64,000 nt of DNA from NCBI GenBank assembly GCA_951406725.2, contig OX597825.1, forward strand, positions 41,230,001-41,294,000, read 5' to 3'. The notes beneath the pieces were generated by a model that made no database searches, was not told the DNA's origin, and saw only the letters and a program-made list of their open reading frames with translations. Each line of letters opens with the position of its first letter. The first letter of the stretch is position 1. The stretch comes from Octopus vulgaris (lineage: Eukaryota). Below are positions 40,177 to 53,592 of the stretch, piece by piece. The translations under genes and the position numbers were made by a program.

Positions 40177-40329
40177 CATATTACTCTACCACTGGTATTT
40201 GAGTACTCATTTTTCCACCTTGTTTCACATTTATGTGTTTACTCCGGTATATATATATATATATATATACATTACTTTAATTAGTTTAGTTTGAATGAGA
40301 GGATTCTGCCCATAGCCTTTGCAAACTTT

Positions 40330-40830
40330 CTGAGACCAGGGGAATTAAAATTGTTTAATGTTTCTCTTGAAAATTTGTGAGCTGACAACATTAAGAAAAG
40401 ATGAGTGAATTGCAAAGGATCAAAGTTCTGGGAAGAAATGGCCGCTTAGTGGCTTGTGTTGGCCCTTGGGAGTGGATGCTATAAAGGTGAAGAGATTAGA
40501 AGAGACAAATGAGTTGAGATCACTTAAATAAAGGTGATATAAGACCACCCTTCACAGAGGAGCTGAGGCATTTAGAGTAGCAGAAGAAAAGTTTGTGAGA
40601 GGAGAGAGAGTACATATGTGAGTAGTTAGGGCAATGTGTGGATGCACTCAATTGGGTGACAGTTTTTAGATGCAGAATGTATAGCAGCAGCACCACTCCA
40701 GATGTAAATCAACACTTTGTTGTGTGTCTCACCTCAGCTTTGTAGGTTAATATTTAGAAGGGGACATAAAGATTTTCTGACCCTAGCCTGAAATGCCAGT
40801 ATTTGTGATTTGCAATAGAGTTTTTGCTGT
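40330..40830 (-). mobile_element. L2/Crack/CR1-group LINE 3' remnant
   Basis: Minus-strand remnants YKAEVR, IWSGAAA and HFFPRTLILCNSL (FFPRTxxxWNxL-like). Confidence 0.6.
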
Positions 40831-41409
40831 GTTAAATAATCTATCATACAATATATACATACTTACATATATATATATATATATATATATACGTGCAAAA
40901 TGCCCCCCATCCAATGGATGTTGCTGAGTTGTCAAACATTTAAACCAAATTTTCTTAAAACAACTTGTCCGACTGTCCCATAGGCCTCCCCTTTGAGAAA
41001 CACTGATTTAACCTAAATTTGAGACACCAGCAAAAGAAGAAATAAAGATAGACTTTTTCTATTTCAAAGAAAAACGATTTTATTCACATAAATGTGCAAC
41101 CAAAGAGTTTAAAGTACCAGTAATGATAAGGCTGTTGACTGGGAGAACACAAACATGGTTTAAATAGTAAGCTTGGCAGTAAAGAAACGTGCCTTTAAGC
41201 AGTACAAAAACAACAAAAAATGGAAGGTGCAGTTATGTACAGGTTGACAGAAGAAAAGCAGGACAAAAATGATGCATGCAAATGAGTTAGCTGGAGGTAA
41301 ATCTAGATGGAAAAGCATGATGAATTTATGAGAACATACCTGGGACAATAATAAGTTTATCCTATAAAACATGTAGGAAATCAACGTGGGGCGATTTTTT
41401 ATGAAAAGC

Positions 41410-41703
41410 AACAACCTAGGGAACTAAGTAACTAATTTTCAGCTAACTTACTTTACGGGATGTTCAAGGGCATGGAAAAGCTAGTGGAGCGCAGCCTTGT
41501 AAATCACATTCCTGATGTACTTGCTCGTACAAATGCTTGTTCCCACGGCTTTATCGATCGCCTTCTCACCTTGAATCGATTTTTGTAATTTTTTAAAGAC
41601 TAAAACACACTCTGATACCGTCAGTATCTACATATCAAATTTGAGTGCAATCGGATGGAGGATGCCCAAGATCCTAGAAGACACAGACAGGCAGAACAGA
41701 TTT

Positions 41704-41712
<9 letters not shown>
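41410..41712 (-). mobile_element. Probable non-autonomous Helitron terminal fragment
   Basis: catatcaaatttgagtgcaatcggatg...acagacaggcagaacagattttatataata resembles Helitron ends and is CpG-richer than its flanks. Confidence 0.45.
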
Positions 41713-41786
<74 letters not shown>

Positions 41787-41787
<1 letters not shown>

Positions 41788-42163
41788 CAAGGTAGAAAAT
41801 GCTAAAATAATTTTATTAAAAACATTTTTCAGCACCGGTTTCAGTCACTGAGACTTTTTCAACTCTAAGTATAGAAAACATATTTTGGAAAAATTAAAAG
41901 AAAAGTTTTTTAAAAGAATATTTGCATAGTATTCAAATACAAGGGGCATTTTCTTGTCTGTCTTTGTCTCAAGAGAGACAGAGACAGGCAGAAACAAGGA
42001 AAATGCCCCTTGTATTTGAATACGATGGAAATATATTTAAAAAAAACTTTTCATTTAATTTTTCCAAAATTTGTTTTCCATACTTAGAGTTGAAAATGTT
42101 TCAATGACTAAAACCAGTACTGAAATGCTTTTTATAAAATTATTTTAGCATTTTCTACCTTGA
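41787..42163. repeat. ~375-bp palindromic fold-back element in (TA)n
   Basis: tcaaggtagaaaatgctaaaataattttat / ataaaattattttagcattttctaccttga and gtattcaaatacaaggggcattttc / gaaaatgccccttgtatttgaatac. The centre is near 41972. Confidence 0.93.
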
Positions 42164-42219
42164 CTTTTTTCCATATATATCAAATCATGTGTTCCGTTTC
42201 AACCTTCTATATATATAAT

Positions 42220-42990
42220 ATACTGTGTTGGCAACTAAGTTCCCATGATTTTTAATTTTTTAAATGGTTTAATAAAAAGTAACACTAATTAATCAATAAT
42301 GTATTCACCCTTGTTGTTTACAACTTCTTCCCAACGTTCAACAAGATTTTCAATATTTCACTGGTAGAAATCACCCAACTTCGACTAGAAAACTTGATCG
42401 AACCAACCTCTCAATTTTGCATCAGTATTGAACAAAACTCTGTGCATAGCATTTGAAAGAGATCAAAAGAGGTGGAAACCCATTGGTGCCAAATCAGGAG
42501 AGTATGGTAGGTGTGGCAGCAATTCCCAGCCATACATTTGGCAATATGAGGGCAGGCGTTGTCGGACAGCAGAACTTCATGCTGCCAATTAGGTCTTTTC
42601 TCTTAAATAGCCATGTTGAGTCATTCCATCTGTAGAACATAGAGTTCTTCATTAACCGTTTGGTTCAGTTCAAGCAATTCGTAATGGATAATCCCTTCCC
42701 AGTCCCACCATATGCACATCATCATTTTATGCAGATGAAGATCTTGTTTTACGCGCGGTGTCACTTGTTTACCAGGACTAAGCCATTCCTTATGCTGCTT
42801 CATATTGATGTACAGGCATCATTTTTCATCGCCAATAATGATTTGGTAAAGAAATCATTTCTTGTGTCCATGAGTTGAGCGGTAACTAGCAAGTAAGCCA
42901 GCGGAGATTGTGGCTTGTTGATTTTTTGTTGTTTTCACTTAAAATATGCAGAACCCATGCTCCATACTTCTGAACTTTTACAACCTGTAA
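42220..42990 (-). mobile_element. mariner transposon, second family, degenerate
   Basis: HLPYSPDLAPMGFHLF and KMMMCIWWDWEGIIHYELL motifs, with end tactgtgttggcaactaagttccc. Confidence 0.88.
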
Positions 42991-44674
42991 ATTTAGACAT
43001 CCACAAGCTTTCAATAATCTTTCAAGTGCACAAAATCCAACTGATAATCTTTCCTATCTAAGAGGTAAAGCTTCTGTAGTAATCTCCTTCAACTGCTTGT
43101 CTATATCATTGGCCATAGTTCTTAATGCACCAATTATTACAAGTACAAACTTTGCAGTTTTCTTATTCCAAATTCTCACAATTTAAAATTTTAAGGGATT
43201 GTATTTAAAAATTTTTCTTAATCCTGGAATCAAATGGACATGATGGATGAGTTAGTAAGCAACTTCACTTTTTCTTTTATTATTATTATCATCATTATTA
43301 TTGATTCTTGAAGTTTTTGCCCTGAAACTATTTGTATAGCATTACTAAATAAAATTTTCTTGGAGCACATGCTAAAAAGGACTAATAATACTCTGAAGAA
43401 AGCCTGTTTTAGACACTCATCAATAGACTATTATAAGGAAAGCTTGCACTTAATGATTGTTTCCTGATTTTTCATTTTCAAATTGGCAACCAAACACAGA
43501 TATGATGCATGGAAATTCTTGTAACAGCTAACAAAGAAATACAATGCAAAAACAAAATACAGCTGAACAAACAAAAAGAAGAGAACTTAACATTTAAATG
43601 AACAATTAGTTAATAAAAAATATTCCACGTAATCTAATGGTAATTTTGATGACAGTGATAATCATAATATCAACAGCAAAACTTTAAATCACTCATAGAA
43701 TTTGTGTTAATGCTAATCTTGTCTTAATCATACAACAAACTAAACAAATAGAATTTTAAAATTTTAACACAGCTCAAAGGAAAAATTGTTTGGAGGAATT
43801 TTTAAGACCAAACAGTATTTCTTTGCTACAATCCAAGAGGAAACAAAAAGAAAAAAATTATATTTTTGCAATTTAGGACAGATAGTAAAAGATTGAATCT
43901 ACCCTCACAACATGAATTACAACAGCATTTCAGAAGACCTTAGAATAGGTTCCTCTCAACCAAAAAAGGCAAAACTATAGCAAGGGGGAAAAAATACAAG
44001 AGTGACAATAAAAGATGTCAGAAACTATGTAGATCTTTGGTTAGTCATTGGTTTTGTATTGTTGTCATAGGTAAGTGGTTAAGCAGAGATAATGGGAAGC
44101 AATATGTAATCAGGAGACATCAAAATGGATTTACCTGTCCTAATGACCCTGAATGCTATAAAGCAATATTAGAACTGTGTATTGTTGTACAGTTGCAATT
44201 GCCAAGACAAAGGGCATGCAATTTATTATAAGAGTAAAATCTTAGATGCCAAATTGTAATAAAAAGCAATTAGAGCCTTTGAAGATCTGGAAGAACTAAG
44301 CAAGAAATAGAAAATGTAAAGTAATAGGGACCAGTCAAATCAGCATCAAGAACAACAAAAGCCATTTCTGAGAATACCATCAGTCAAAACTATAGGAATG
44401 GTAGGAGAAATTGCTTTATGTCTAATACTAAAAGCAAGCTCTCAAACAGCCTGTCCCCTAACAGAAGCAACTTGTAACGCTACTCAAATGTTGCATGATG
44501 AGGCAGAAACAATTGTTATAATGGAAAGTGTTAAAGTTTAAAAGAAGACCTCAACAGAAACTGAAAATTTTGAAAAAGTGAAATCGAACATACAATAATT
44601 AAACAGATATGGATAAACAATTTCCACAAAACAACTGTAAAACAACTCTATGCATTGATGTATACATATGTATT

Positions 44675-44706
<32 letters not shown>

Positions 44707-44711
44707 CTGGT

Positions 44712-47140
44712 GCTGAATTGAAATTGGTCCCACGTCATTACCTCCTCCACAAGGTGTAACAACACTTTGGATCTGCTACTTACTGCTTCTCCTGAAACAA
44801 TTATTAGTGTCACTACTGAAGAACCTTCAGGTGACTCTGATCATTCCATGATCATGGCCAACTTGTCTCTGATTGGCTGTAACAAAAACTACAACCACCT
44901 CCAAACTGCCCACTTTGACTGGAATAAAGCAGACTGGAGCTCTTATTGTACTGAGCTGAGACGCCAAAACTGGCTCGAAGTTTATGCCTCTGGAGATGTG
45001 AACATTATACTTCAGAACATTCTGAATTCAATATGGGTGGCATGTGCAGCATTAGTACCACGCGAGCACAAAAAAACCCACCCAATATTGCAATTTGGGA
45101 GACTGCAGCAGTCCAATTTGCCAGGAAAGAATGCCATAATGCTGAACAGGAATACAAATTGCACAAATCAGAGATCAACAGGTAAAAGCGCAATAGATCA
45201 GCCAACCACCTGAATGAAGCATGTGACAAAATAGGCAGAGCTTGAATTCGAACAATGCATAGCAACAAACCCTGACAGCAAAGTGTTCTGGAAGTACGTA
45301 CACTCAAATCAGTACACTCTCCAGTTGGTCCCCTTCGCAATCCTCACACAGGGCAGATTACTGGCAATCCCAAAGAATGTGCAGAAATCATTGATGGATG
45401 CTATGCAGGCATCTTTACTGTCAAAGATCAAAATGTTCCATCTCCATCACCTCTGACACTGGCATCTGTATCTACTATGAAATTTACTCCAGCAATGCTA
45501 CAATGCCACCTTAAGAATAAACGCAACTATGCCTCTCCTGGTTTTGCTGGTATTACGTACCTACTTCTCAAACACGGTGGGTACTTTCTTCTAAATCAAC
45601 TTTCACTATTCTTCCAATTCTGTCTTGACAATGATGTTACTCCAGAGTAGTGGAAAACTGCCAGTGTTATCCCTCTGTTCAAAAAAGGTGACCGCACATC
45701 ACCTGTCAACTATCGCCCCGTTAGTCTTACTAGCTGCATCACCAAACTGATGGAATCCTGTGTCAGGGAAACCCTCTGGAACTTCTGGAAGTCTCACAGC
45801 CTCATCCAGCCGTCACAATTTGGTTTTATTCCTAACTCCAGCTGCTGTAATCAGCTCATTGAGTTTCTTGAGGACATTACCCAAATCACTGATCACGGAT
45901 CCTGGGTGGATGTTGTTTACCTGGACTTTGCTAAGGCTTTTAACTCTGTGCCACACAAAAGACTTATGGTGAAACTCTCTGCGTTGGGTGTAAGATATGA
46001 TCTCTATAACTGGTTGAAGTCCTTTATTATCGGCCGAAAAGAGGTTGTCACAGTTCTAGGACAGCACTCTTCACCCTATCAGATGACATCTGGTGTACCA
46101 CAGGGATCTGTTCTTGGCCCCCTTTTATTTGTTGCACATGTTAATGACATAGATGCCAACTTAAAGAATGCCACAGTGCTGAAATATGCAGATGACATCA
46201 AGCTGTACCTCGAAATAAAGAGGTCAGATCCTGTACACTATAGATCTCTATTGCAATCAGACCTGGACACAATGCAGCAGTGGATCATGGACTGGCAACT
46301 CAGCTGGCTGTGGACAATGGGAGGGAAAAACCCAGCATCTACTTACTCCCTCCACAACACTAATCTCAAAAAGTCTTCTTGTGAACGTGACCTGGGCGTT
46401 ATTGTTGACAGCGATTTGCATTGGACAAAACACATTGCTAAAATTGCCAAGAAGGCTGAGGGTGTCTTGTCATCACTCACCAAGTCCTTTGTGAGCTGCT
46501 CTCCAGCTATCTATTTGCGGCTTTATATAGCTATGGTACGACCTCACCTGGAATTTGCATCACCAGTCTGGAACACCTATCTTGCCCAGAATATTAATCG
46601 TCTGGAAGCCGTTCATTGAGGTGCAACCAAGAGAATACCCTCAATCAGGCATCTGCCATATTCTGAACGCCTTACTTCCCTGGGCATGGACACATTGAAA
46701 TTCCGACGTCTGGCAGCTGACTTGGCAGACACCCATAAAATTATTAGCCATCTTACAATCAATAACTCTGAGCACCTTTTCAAACTCCACCTGTCTAACA
46801 CCCGTGGACATGTTTACAAAGTCAGAAAACAACACAGCTCCCATGACTTTCGGAAACATTTTTCACGCTGAGAGTTGCTGAAGCATGGAACAGACTGCCG
46901 GCATCAGTAGTTAGTTGTTGGAGCACTGCATCCTTCAAAACTTCCATGCTTCCTGAGATTTGCCAACACTACACCTGATTTTCTCCCCTCCATACACACA
47001 TAAGCATGTATCTGACTCATACACTGTTCGCTTTCCAGACATTTGTACATTACTACATATACTTTATAAGCACTGTTTGACAAGAACTTGTGGTGCACCT
47101 GAGCACTGTATACAATAATTTCATTATTATTATTATTATT
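44712..47140 (+). mobile_element. CR1-like LINE, 5'-truncated (APE C-terminus + RT), with stops
   Basis: TRCNNTLDLLLT...SDH (APE), PLFKKGDR..NYRPVSLTS, YLDFAKAFNSVPH, SGVPQGSVLGPLLF, KYADD and VRPHLEFASPVW, ending in an (ATT)n tail. Confidence 0.93.
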
Positions 47141-47154
47141 ATATATATGTATAT

Positions 47155-47402
47155 ATAATCAATCCAAACATGAACAAGAAGAAAAACAACGACACAAGGA
47201 CATGGAATAAGTACAGTGTTATTGGACACACAGGAAAGGAAAGGAAAGAAAAGAAAGAAGATTTCACATTTGGAGCAGAGCTCTTCATCAGAAATTTGGA
47301 AAAAGTTCAAAGAAGGGAAGATGGAGAAGGAAAATCACCGGCGATTGGTGGCAACAAAAAGAGAAAAGTGCAAATAGAAAGAAGATAGGTAAAAGGAGGA
47401 TG
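47155..47402 (-). mobile_element. Penelope-like terminal-repeat remnant with a decayed hammerhead motif
   Basis: Minus strand 47262-47295 reads tttCTGATGAaGAGCtctGCTCcAAAtGTgaaa. The element is flanked by TA repeats. Confidence 0.5.
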
Positions 47403-47479
47403 AGAAAAATGGAAGAGTCATATATATATATATATATTCATATTTTACTTATGCATAGTAAGATTAATAACCTGGTGTT

Positions 47480-48715
47480 AGAATTGATCAGAAGTGGATC
47501 GCAACTAATGACCATGGGTCCTGTCAACTTTCTCATTTCAGTTACATTGACAGAACTCTTCTTAAAATCTTGGCTGTTCCAAGTAGTGCTGTTTTTTTGA
47601 GAATCTCAGTTTTTATAGTGAGCCCAAGTTTGCCAAGTCACTCCTTATATTGGCTTGTCATAGTTACAAGTGCCCCTATCGCAACAGGTATAACCACCAC
47701 TTTTTTCATGTTTCAAATCTTGGCACCTATCTACCTTGTCCTCTTTCTCTACTACGTGGATACCTCCTGGGATAGCGATATCAATAATCCAGCAATGTCT
47801 TTCTTCCTTGTCAATCAGGATCAAATCAGGTCAATTTACCTCAATCACCTTGTCACATTGTGCATTGAAATTCCATAGCATTTTCACCTTATCATTTTCC
47901 ATTACAGTGAGTGGCTGGTGTTCATACCACTTATCAGCTCATTCCAGGTTGTATTTCCTTCATAAAGTTCAATGTACAATTCAAGCAACATTGTCATGCC
48001 ATCTCCTGTACTCTCACTGTGCCAAACTGCTACATTCATATAGAGTGTGGCTTGTGGTTTCCCTGAACTTCACATACATTTTGCACAAAGGTTTTTCAAT
48101 TATTTTGTCAATTTGGAATTTTATGTAGCTAGTTCTTAATGCTTGTTCTTGAGCAGCACAATTAAGAACTTCCATCCCTTCGTCTTTCCAAAATTAGAGT
48201 CTTTATCCATATCTCTTAGGAACTGTCCATGCATCATCTTGTCCTGCAGTCATCTTTGCAATTTCATTTTTCTTGAACTCCTCTTTGTTAGTGCATGACT
48301 CTGTTTCTGTGATCCCAGCCAATTTAACTCCCGTAAGTAATGGTTCTGTGTTGCTCCAAATATACCAACCAAGACTATTTTCTTCACTTTTCAAGCAATC
48401 TTTGCCGCCTTTTGTACCTCTTCCTCCAACTTTTCATGGTAAGTATATCCTTCCTGTGCACATCACTTTTAGGGTGTAAATCTCCATACATTGTCATTTT
48501 CTTCCTCGTTTTTTGGTCCATCTGGTTTATCTCTTGTTTTCTTCATTTAAGAATGCCTGCTCCCTATTGTAGTACTGATACAGCGCAAATATTGATGGCA
48601 GTTAATTTTGATTTGAGAATTAAACACAATTGTCTTATTTATTCTTTCTTGTGTAACCTTTCCATCTTATTTCCTTTTATTCTGCCAGTTTCCAGGACGC
48701 CAAGATACTAATAAT
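47480..48715 (-). mobile_element. R4/Dong-like RLE LINE, second family, degenerate
   Basis: Minus-strand KKTALLGTAKILRRVL, YRRWHDNVA (RHD-like), ICAAQEQALRT, KTRKKMTMYG and YLGVLE remnants. Confidence 0.8.
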
Positions 48716-48822
48716 TAGTCTCTTCAATGCAGAGGAAAATAAGAGATTTTGGAGTGACTTGTGGATAGGCACAAAAACTCGATGCAGATTAGCTTAGTGA
48801 ACTGAAACAAGAGTCAACAGGT

Positions 48823-48922
48823 NNNNNNNNNNNNNNNNNNNNNNNNNNNNNNNNNNNNNNNNNNNNNNNNNNNNNNNNNNNNNNNNNNNNNNNNNNNNNN
48901 NNNNNNNNNNNNNNNNNNNNNN
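48823..48922. other. Assembly gap (100 N)
   Basis: Run of N. Confidence 1.
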
Positions 48923-50045
48923 AATTTGAAGTTGCTGACTCTAAAAACGACATAGGTCTTACCAAATTGGCTCTAGTTTTGGAAGTAATAGATTCTTCTC
49001 AAAATATATCATATTGCTCAACATGACACACACAGACTTTTGCAAATCAGATTAAAATTCAAGTTTGGAATTAAGTTAGTTCTGAGGTCATAATACTATC
49101 AAACTCTGTAACTCCACAAGTTAGGGATGCACAGCTGGATATGCCATATTTGATAATATCACAGAAGCAATGAATTTTACTAACATATTTTCTGACATAT
49201 GAAGCATAGATCAATTAACGATCTATAATGATATAAAAAAATAAATGAAAAAACAAGAATGCCTTTTAATCTATAAACTCCCTGTAAGAATTATATAACT
49301 TTCTTCTTGTCTTATGAAAGAGGAAGAACTTGTCTACTGCAATAACAACCAAGGACATTTTCTCTAAATGGGACTACCAGACTATTCACCACAAGATTGC
49401 TGGCATTTTATAGACAGCTCTACTAGAATCTTGAAATGTATTTTATTACTCAATGGGGACAACTTGCTATTTTTGCCATTGCTCATTCAATTCAACTTAA
49501 TATAAAAATATCAAAACTGTCTTGCTGAAATTCTACTATCATGAGTATCAAAATTCTGCTTGCTTTGATCAAAGGATAGTGAATCTCTTGCTTGGACAGC
49601 AAAGTGGTTACACAAAATACCCTTGTTTCATGGAGCAGCAAAGCAAAGTGAAATCATTGTCAAACTGTGACATGGCCTTGAAGGAGACATTTGTTGTAGG
49701 AACAGTGAACATCATTAACAAACCATTAGTGCAAAGAGAAAACATCTTTCTCCTTCCACTTCATATCAAATTTAAACTGATGATGCAAAAGATTAAGTTT
49801 TGAATGATGACCGTGATGGCCTCAAGTACATTTGCAGATCATTTCTGGACTTGAGAATTGAAAAACTAAAAAGAAGAATATTTTCTAAGATTTCATACTT
49901 ATAAACTCATCATAGATTCTAGTTTTCCAGTCTGGCCACTGGACAGATTTCCAGAGATTTCACTGAAGAGCAAAGAAGTTTCATTAGGCTTTAAGAGTAC
50001 TGGAGTACAGGTATCAATGCAAAAGGGACAAACATATGATGGCAG
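48923..50045 (+). mobile_element. DNA transposon remnant, probably Chapaev3/CMC-like
   Basis: LLGQQSGYTKYPCF, KPLVQRENIFLLPLHIK, LDRFPE and YRYQ..HMMAD remnants. Confidence 0.65.
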
Positions 50046-50114
50046 ATGACTATGTTGGAACACTCACCACATGAAATATCATACAATCAGCATTTTTTAG
50101 GGATTGATTCATAT

Positions 50115-50460
<346 letters not shown>

Positions 50461-50839
50461 GTATTTCAATATACTTGATTTACCAATGTTACTGTATGGT
50501 ATTTTACACTATTATTGCTTATAATACCATTAAATATTTTATGTATATTTTTTCATGTTTTCAACATTACAATGTCGTCCATGTTTTGGTATTTTAAGCT
50601 ACAGGAACAGGGGTGCAGGTGGTGCACTAGCACTTCCTAAAACTTTTGGTGGGTGCAAAATCAAAATATGCATCCCCTGTAACCTACACCAGACTCGCAT
50701 AACACCTGGTTTAAAAGATAGTGTCTAAAAATTGATCTGTTAGAAGTTGCTTGAAGTCGGGCTTCTTCTCAAAACAAGAACAATGGACAAAAATAAATTA
50801 ATAAATAAAATCAATGTCAAAATTTAAAGTATTATTGTA

Positions 50840-51052
50840 TTCTTTTCTTTTATTCTTTTTCTTGTTTCAGTCATTTGCCTGTGGCCATGCTAGAGCATTT
50901 TCTTTTAGTCAAAGAAATTGACCGTGGACTTAGTCTTTGTAAACCTGGTACTTATTCTATCAGTCTCTTTTACTGAACCATTAAGCTATGAGGACATAAA
51001 CACACTAACATCAGTTGTCAAGCGATTGGGGGGGGGGGGTGACAACACAAAC

Positions 51053-51087
<35 letters not shown>

Positions 51088-51235
51088 CGACGGGCTTCTT
51101 TCTACCAAATTCCCTCACAAGGCTTTGGTCAGTCTGAGGTTATAGTAGAAGACACTTTCCTAAGGTGTCATGCAGTGAGGCTGAACGAGAACCATGTGGT
51201 TGGGGAGCAAGCTTCTTACCACACAGCCATGCCTG
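50840..51235 (-). mobile_element. SINE family A
   Basis: cttgtttcagtcatttgcctgtggccatgc...cttaccacacagccatgcctgc. Confidence 0.85.
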
Positions 51236-52252
51236 CATGTGGCCCTGCTCGATCAGTAGAAATGGTGTAGGTAGAAACTCCATAAGATGTACCCAGTGTA
51301 AGCTATGGACACATAAGAGGTGCAGCATCATCAAAGGAAAATTAAGCGAGAAGATAGCTTTCGTGTGCGGCAGATTCACAGGGGCAATAGACACCATTGA
51401 TACTCAGAAAACAGATTCCATTACACTCCTGGGGGAGAAACTAGAAGTAGTTGATAGCTTCCACTACCTAGTCTGTAGTGGGGGGTGGATGCTCATAGAG
51501 TGTTACCATTAGAATAAGAATAGCCTAGACAAAGGTCAGAAAGCTTCTACTCCTACTGGTGACAAAGGGTCTCTTGCTCAGAGTGATGGATGAGGAGAGC
51601 TGTGTGAAGTGCCACTCCCAAACAATGGGAGGAATCCAGGGTAGAGGGAGATCCAGGAAGACCTGGAATGACGTGGTGAAGTGTGACCTTCGAACGTTGG
51701 GCCTCACAGATAATGAAAGACTGAGACCTCTGGAGATATGCTGTGACTGAGAAGACCTGGCAAATAAAATGAGTTCACAGCTGTAACCTACACCAGTGTC
51801 ACATAACCAGCCTACTCAAAAATTACCTTGGATCGTAGGGCAACATGCCATGCTTGAGGAGACCTATTGAGTCAAGTACATCAAAATCAAAATCAAATCA
51901 AATCACAATCAAATGGAAATTGTAGTTGTGGTCCCTGTGCTGGTGGCATGTAAAAAGCACCATCTGAACGTGGCTGATGCCAGCGATGCCTTGACTAGCT
52001 CCCATGCTAGTGGCACGTAAAAAGCACCATTGAATCATAGTCAATGCCAGCCCCTTCTGGCCCCTGGGCTGGTGGCACATAAAAAAGCACCCACTACACT
52101 CTCGGAGTGGTTGGTGTTAGGAAGGGCATCCAGCTGTAGAAACACAAATCGATCAGACTGCAGCCTGGGGCAGCCTCCTGGTTTCCCAGACCCCAGTCGA
52201 ACCGTCCAACCCATGCAAGTATGGAAAACAGATATTAAACGACGACGATGAT
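51236..52252 (+). mobile_element. RTE-clade LINE, internally deleted, with a Cys/His finger and family C tail
   Basis: WPCSISRNGVGRNSIRCTQCKLWTHKRCS..FVCG, KLEVVDSFHYL and GRGRSRKTW, followed by a 3' tail ending in gacgacgatgat. Confidence 0.85.
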
Positions 52253-53252
52253 ATATATATATCAGCAAAAACAACATGTCCAGCAGACAAGCCATCCTCA
52301 AAACTAGCACAGTTGATGACTCCTTAAATGCCATAATGGAAAGCCAGTCACTGTCCAGCTATCCACATTTTTCATCTTCTCTGAATACTACAACTAACCC
52401 ATCATCATCATCATTATTACCATGCTACTACCATAATCACTACTACTAATTCTAATTAGTGAAGAATCATGCCTTTCTTCCCCCACCCACTGTCCACCTC
52501 AATCTGAATGTACACCTCACTGCTCCATGACGAATCAGCTAACTGTCAATATAGTAGAGTTTATGAATGCATGAAACCCTAAACTACGCTAGTTTACTCA
52601 ATGCAAGTGACCAAGCATATGCAGTAACAGTAATTTCACTCATTTACTTGGGACAAGACACACAATTCATAGAAGCAACACCATCCAATGCCAAAGCATA
52701 CATCTTATGCTGCCACTGCCACCAACACAACTTCTGAGTGATTCTTTCCAATTGCTTCTTTGTCATCTTTCGGTGCAATTTTTCATCTGTCTGTCTGTCT
52801 CACTCTGTGTGTATTTATTCTTTAATCTTGTATTCTTTTACTTGTTTCAGTCGTTTTACTCCAGCCATGCATTAGTCAAATGAATTGACCCCACTACTTA
52901 TTTCTTTTAAAGCCTGGTACTTATTCTATCGATCTCTTTTTGCTGAACTGCTAAGTTATGGGGGAGTGTGAACACACCAATACCAGTTGTCAAGTGGTGA
53001 TGGGATGACAAGCACAGACACAAAGACACACATGAATATATAAATACACACACACACATATGTTTAATTTACAAGGAAAAAATCCAGAGAAATAGCTACC
53101 AGGGTAGCCAAATATTACATAAGCACTTTAAGATATTAGTAACCACACATACATGGGTAATAATTCCAAAGAGAAGTGAGACATGTTTTGGAGAACATAT
53201 GAGTAATAGAAAATGGAGACAAAAGCACAAGATGTTATTTAAATCATTTATA

Positions 53253-53338
53253 TCACCGACATATGTTTCAATTGATACATTAAAATTAATGCAGGGAGAA
53301 AGATAATGTGGAATAACGTATTAGTCTCATCAGGGAGA
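53253..53338 (-). ncRNA. Type-I hammerhead ribozyme with an intact catalytic core
   Basis: Minus strand: tctcc-CTGATGA-gactaatac-(~45 nt)-gtatcaatt-GAAA-catat-GTC-ggtga. Palindromic helix III ACATATGT, GUC cleavage triplet, and helix I tctcc/ggtga. Confidence 0.72.
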
Positions 53339-53507
53339 AGTTTATAAATAACAGTGTTTATTAAGAAACCATTTTTACAGATGTAAGAAATTATATATAT
53401 AGTGTTAATAAATAAGCCATTTTTACACATGCAAGAAATTATAATATATATTATAATATCTTACATCTGTAAAATGGCTTATTAATGAACACTATTATTT
53501 ATAATCT

Positions 53508-53592
53508 CCTCCCTGATAAGATTGATACATTACTCCACATTATTATTCTTCCTGGATTAATTTTACTGTATTGATCGAAAGATATATCAGCA
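53508..53592 (+). ncRNA. Degenerate mirror copy of the hammerhead
   Basis: ctcc-CTGATAA-gattgatac...gtattgatc-GAAA-gatat-ATC. Helix II pairs fully, but the core is mutated. Confidence 0.5.

Noticed and set aside
45750-46619. 289-aa RT ORF as a functional gene or prokaryote-type retron/DGR
   Set aside because: It is flanked by in-frame stops and frameshifts, has an APE remnant upstream and an (ATT)n tail, so it is a dead CR1-like LINE.
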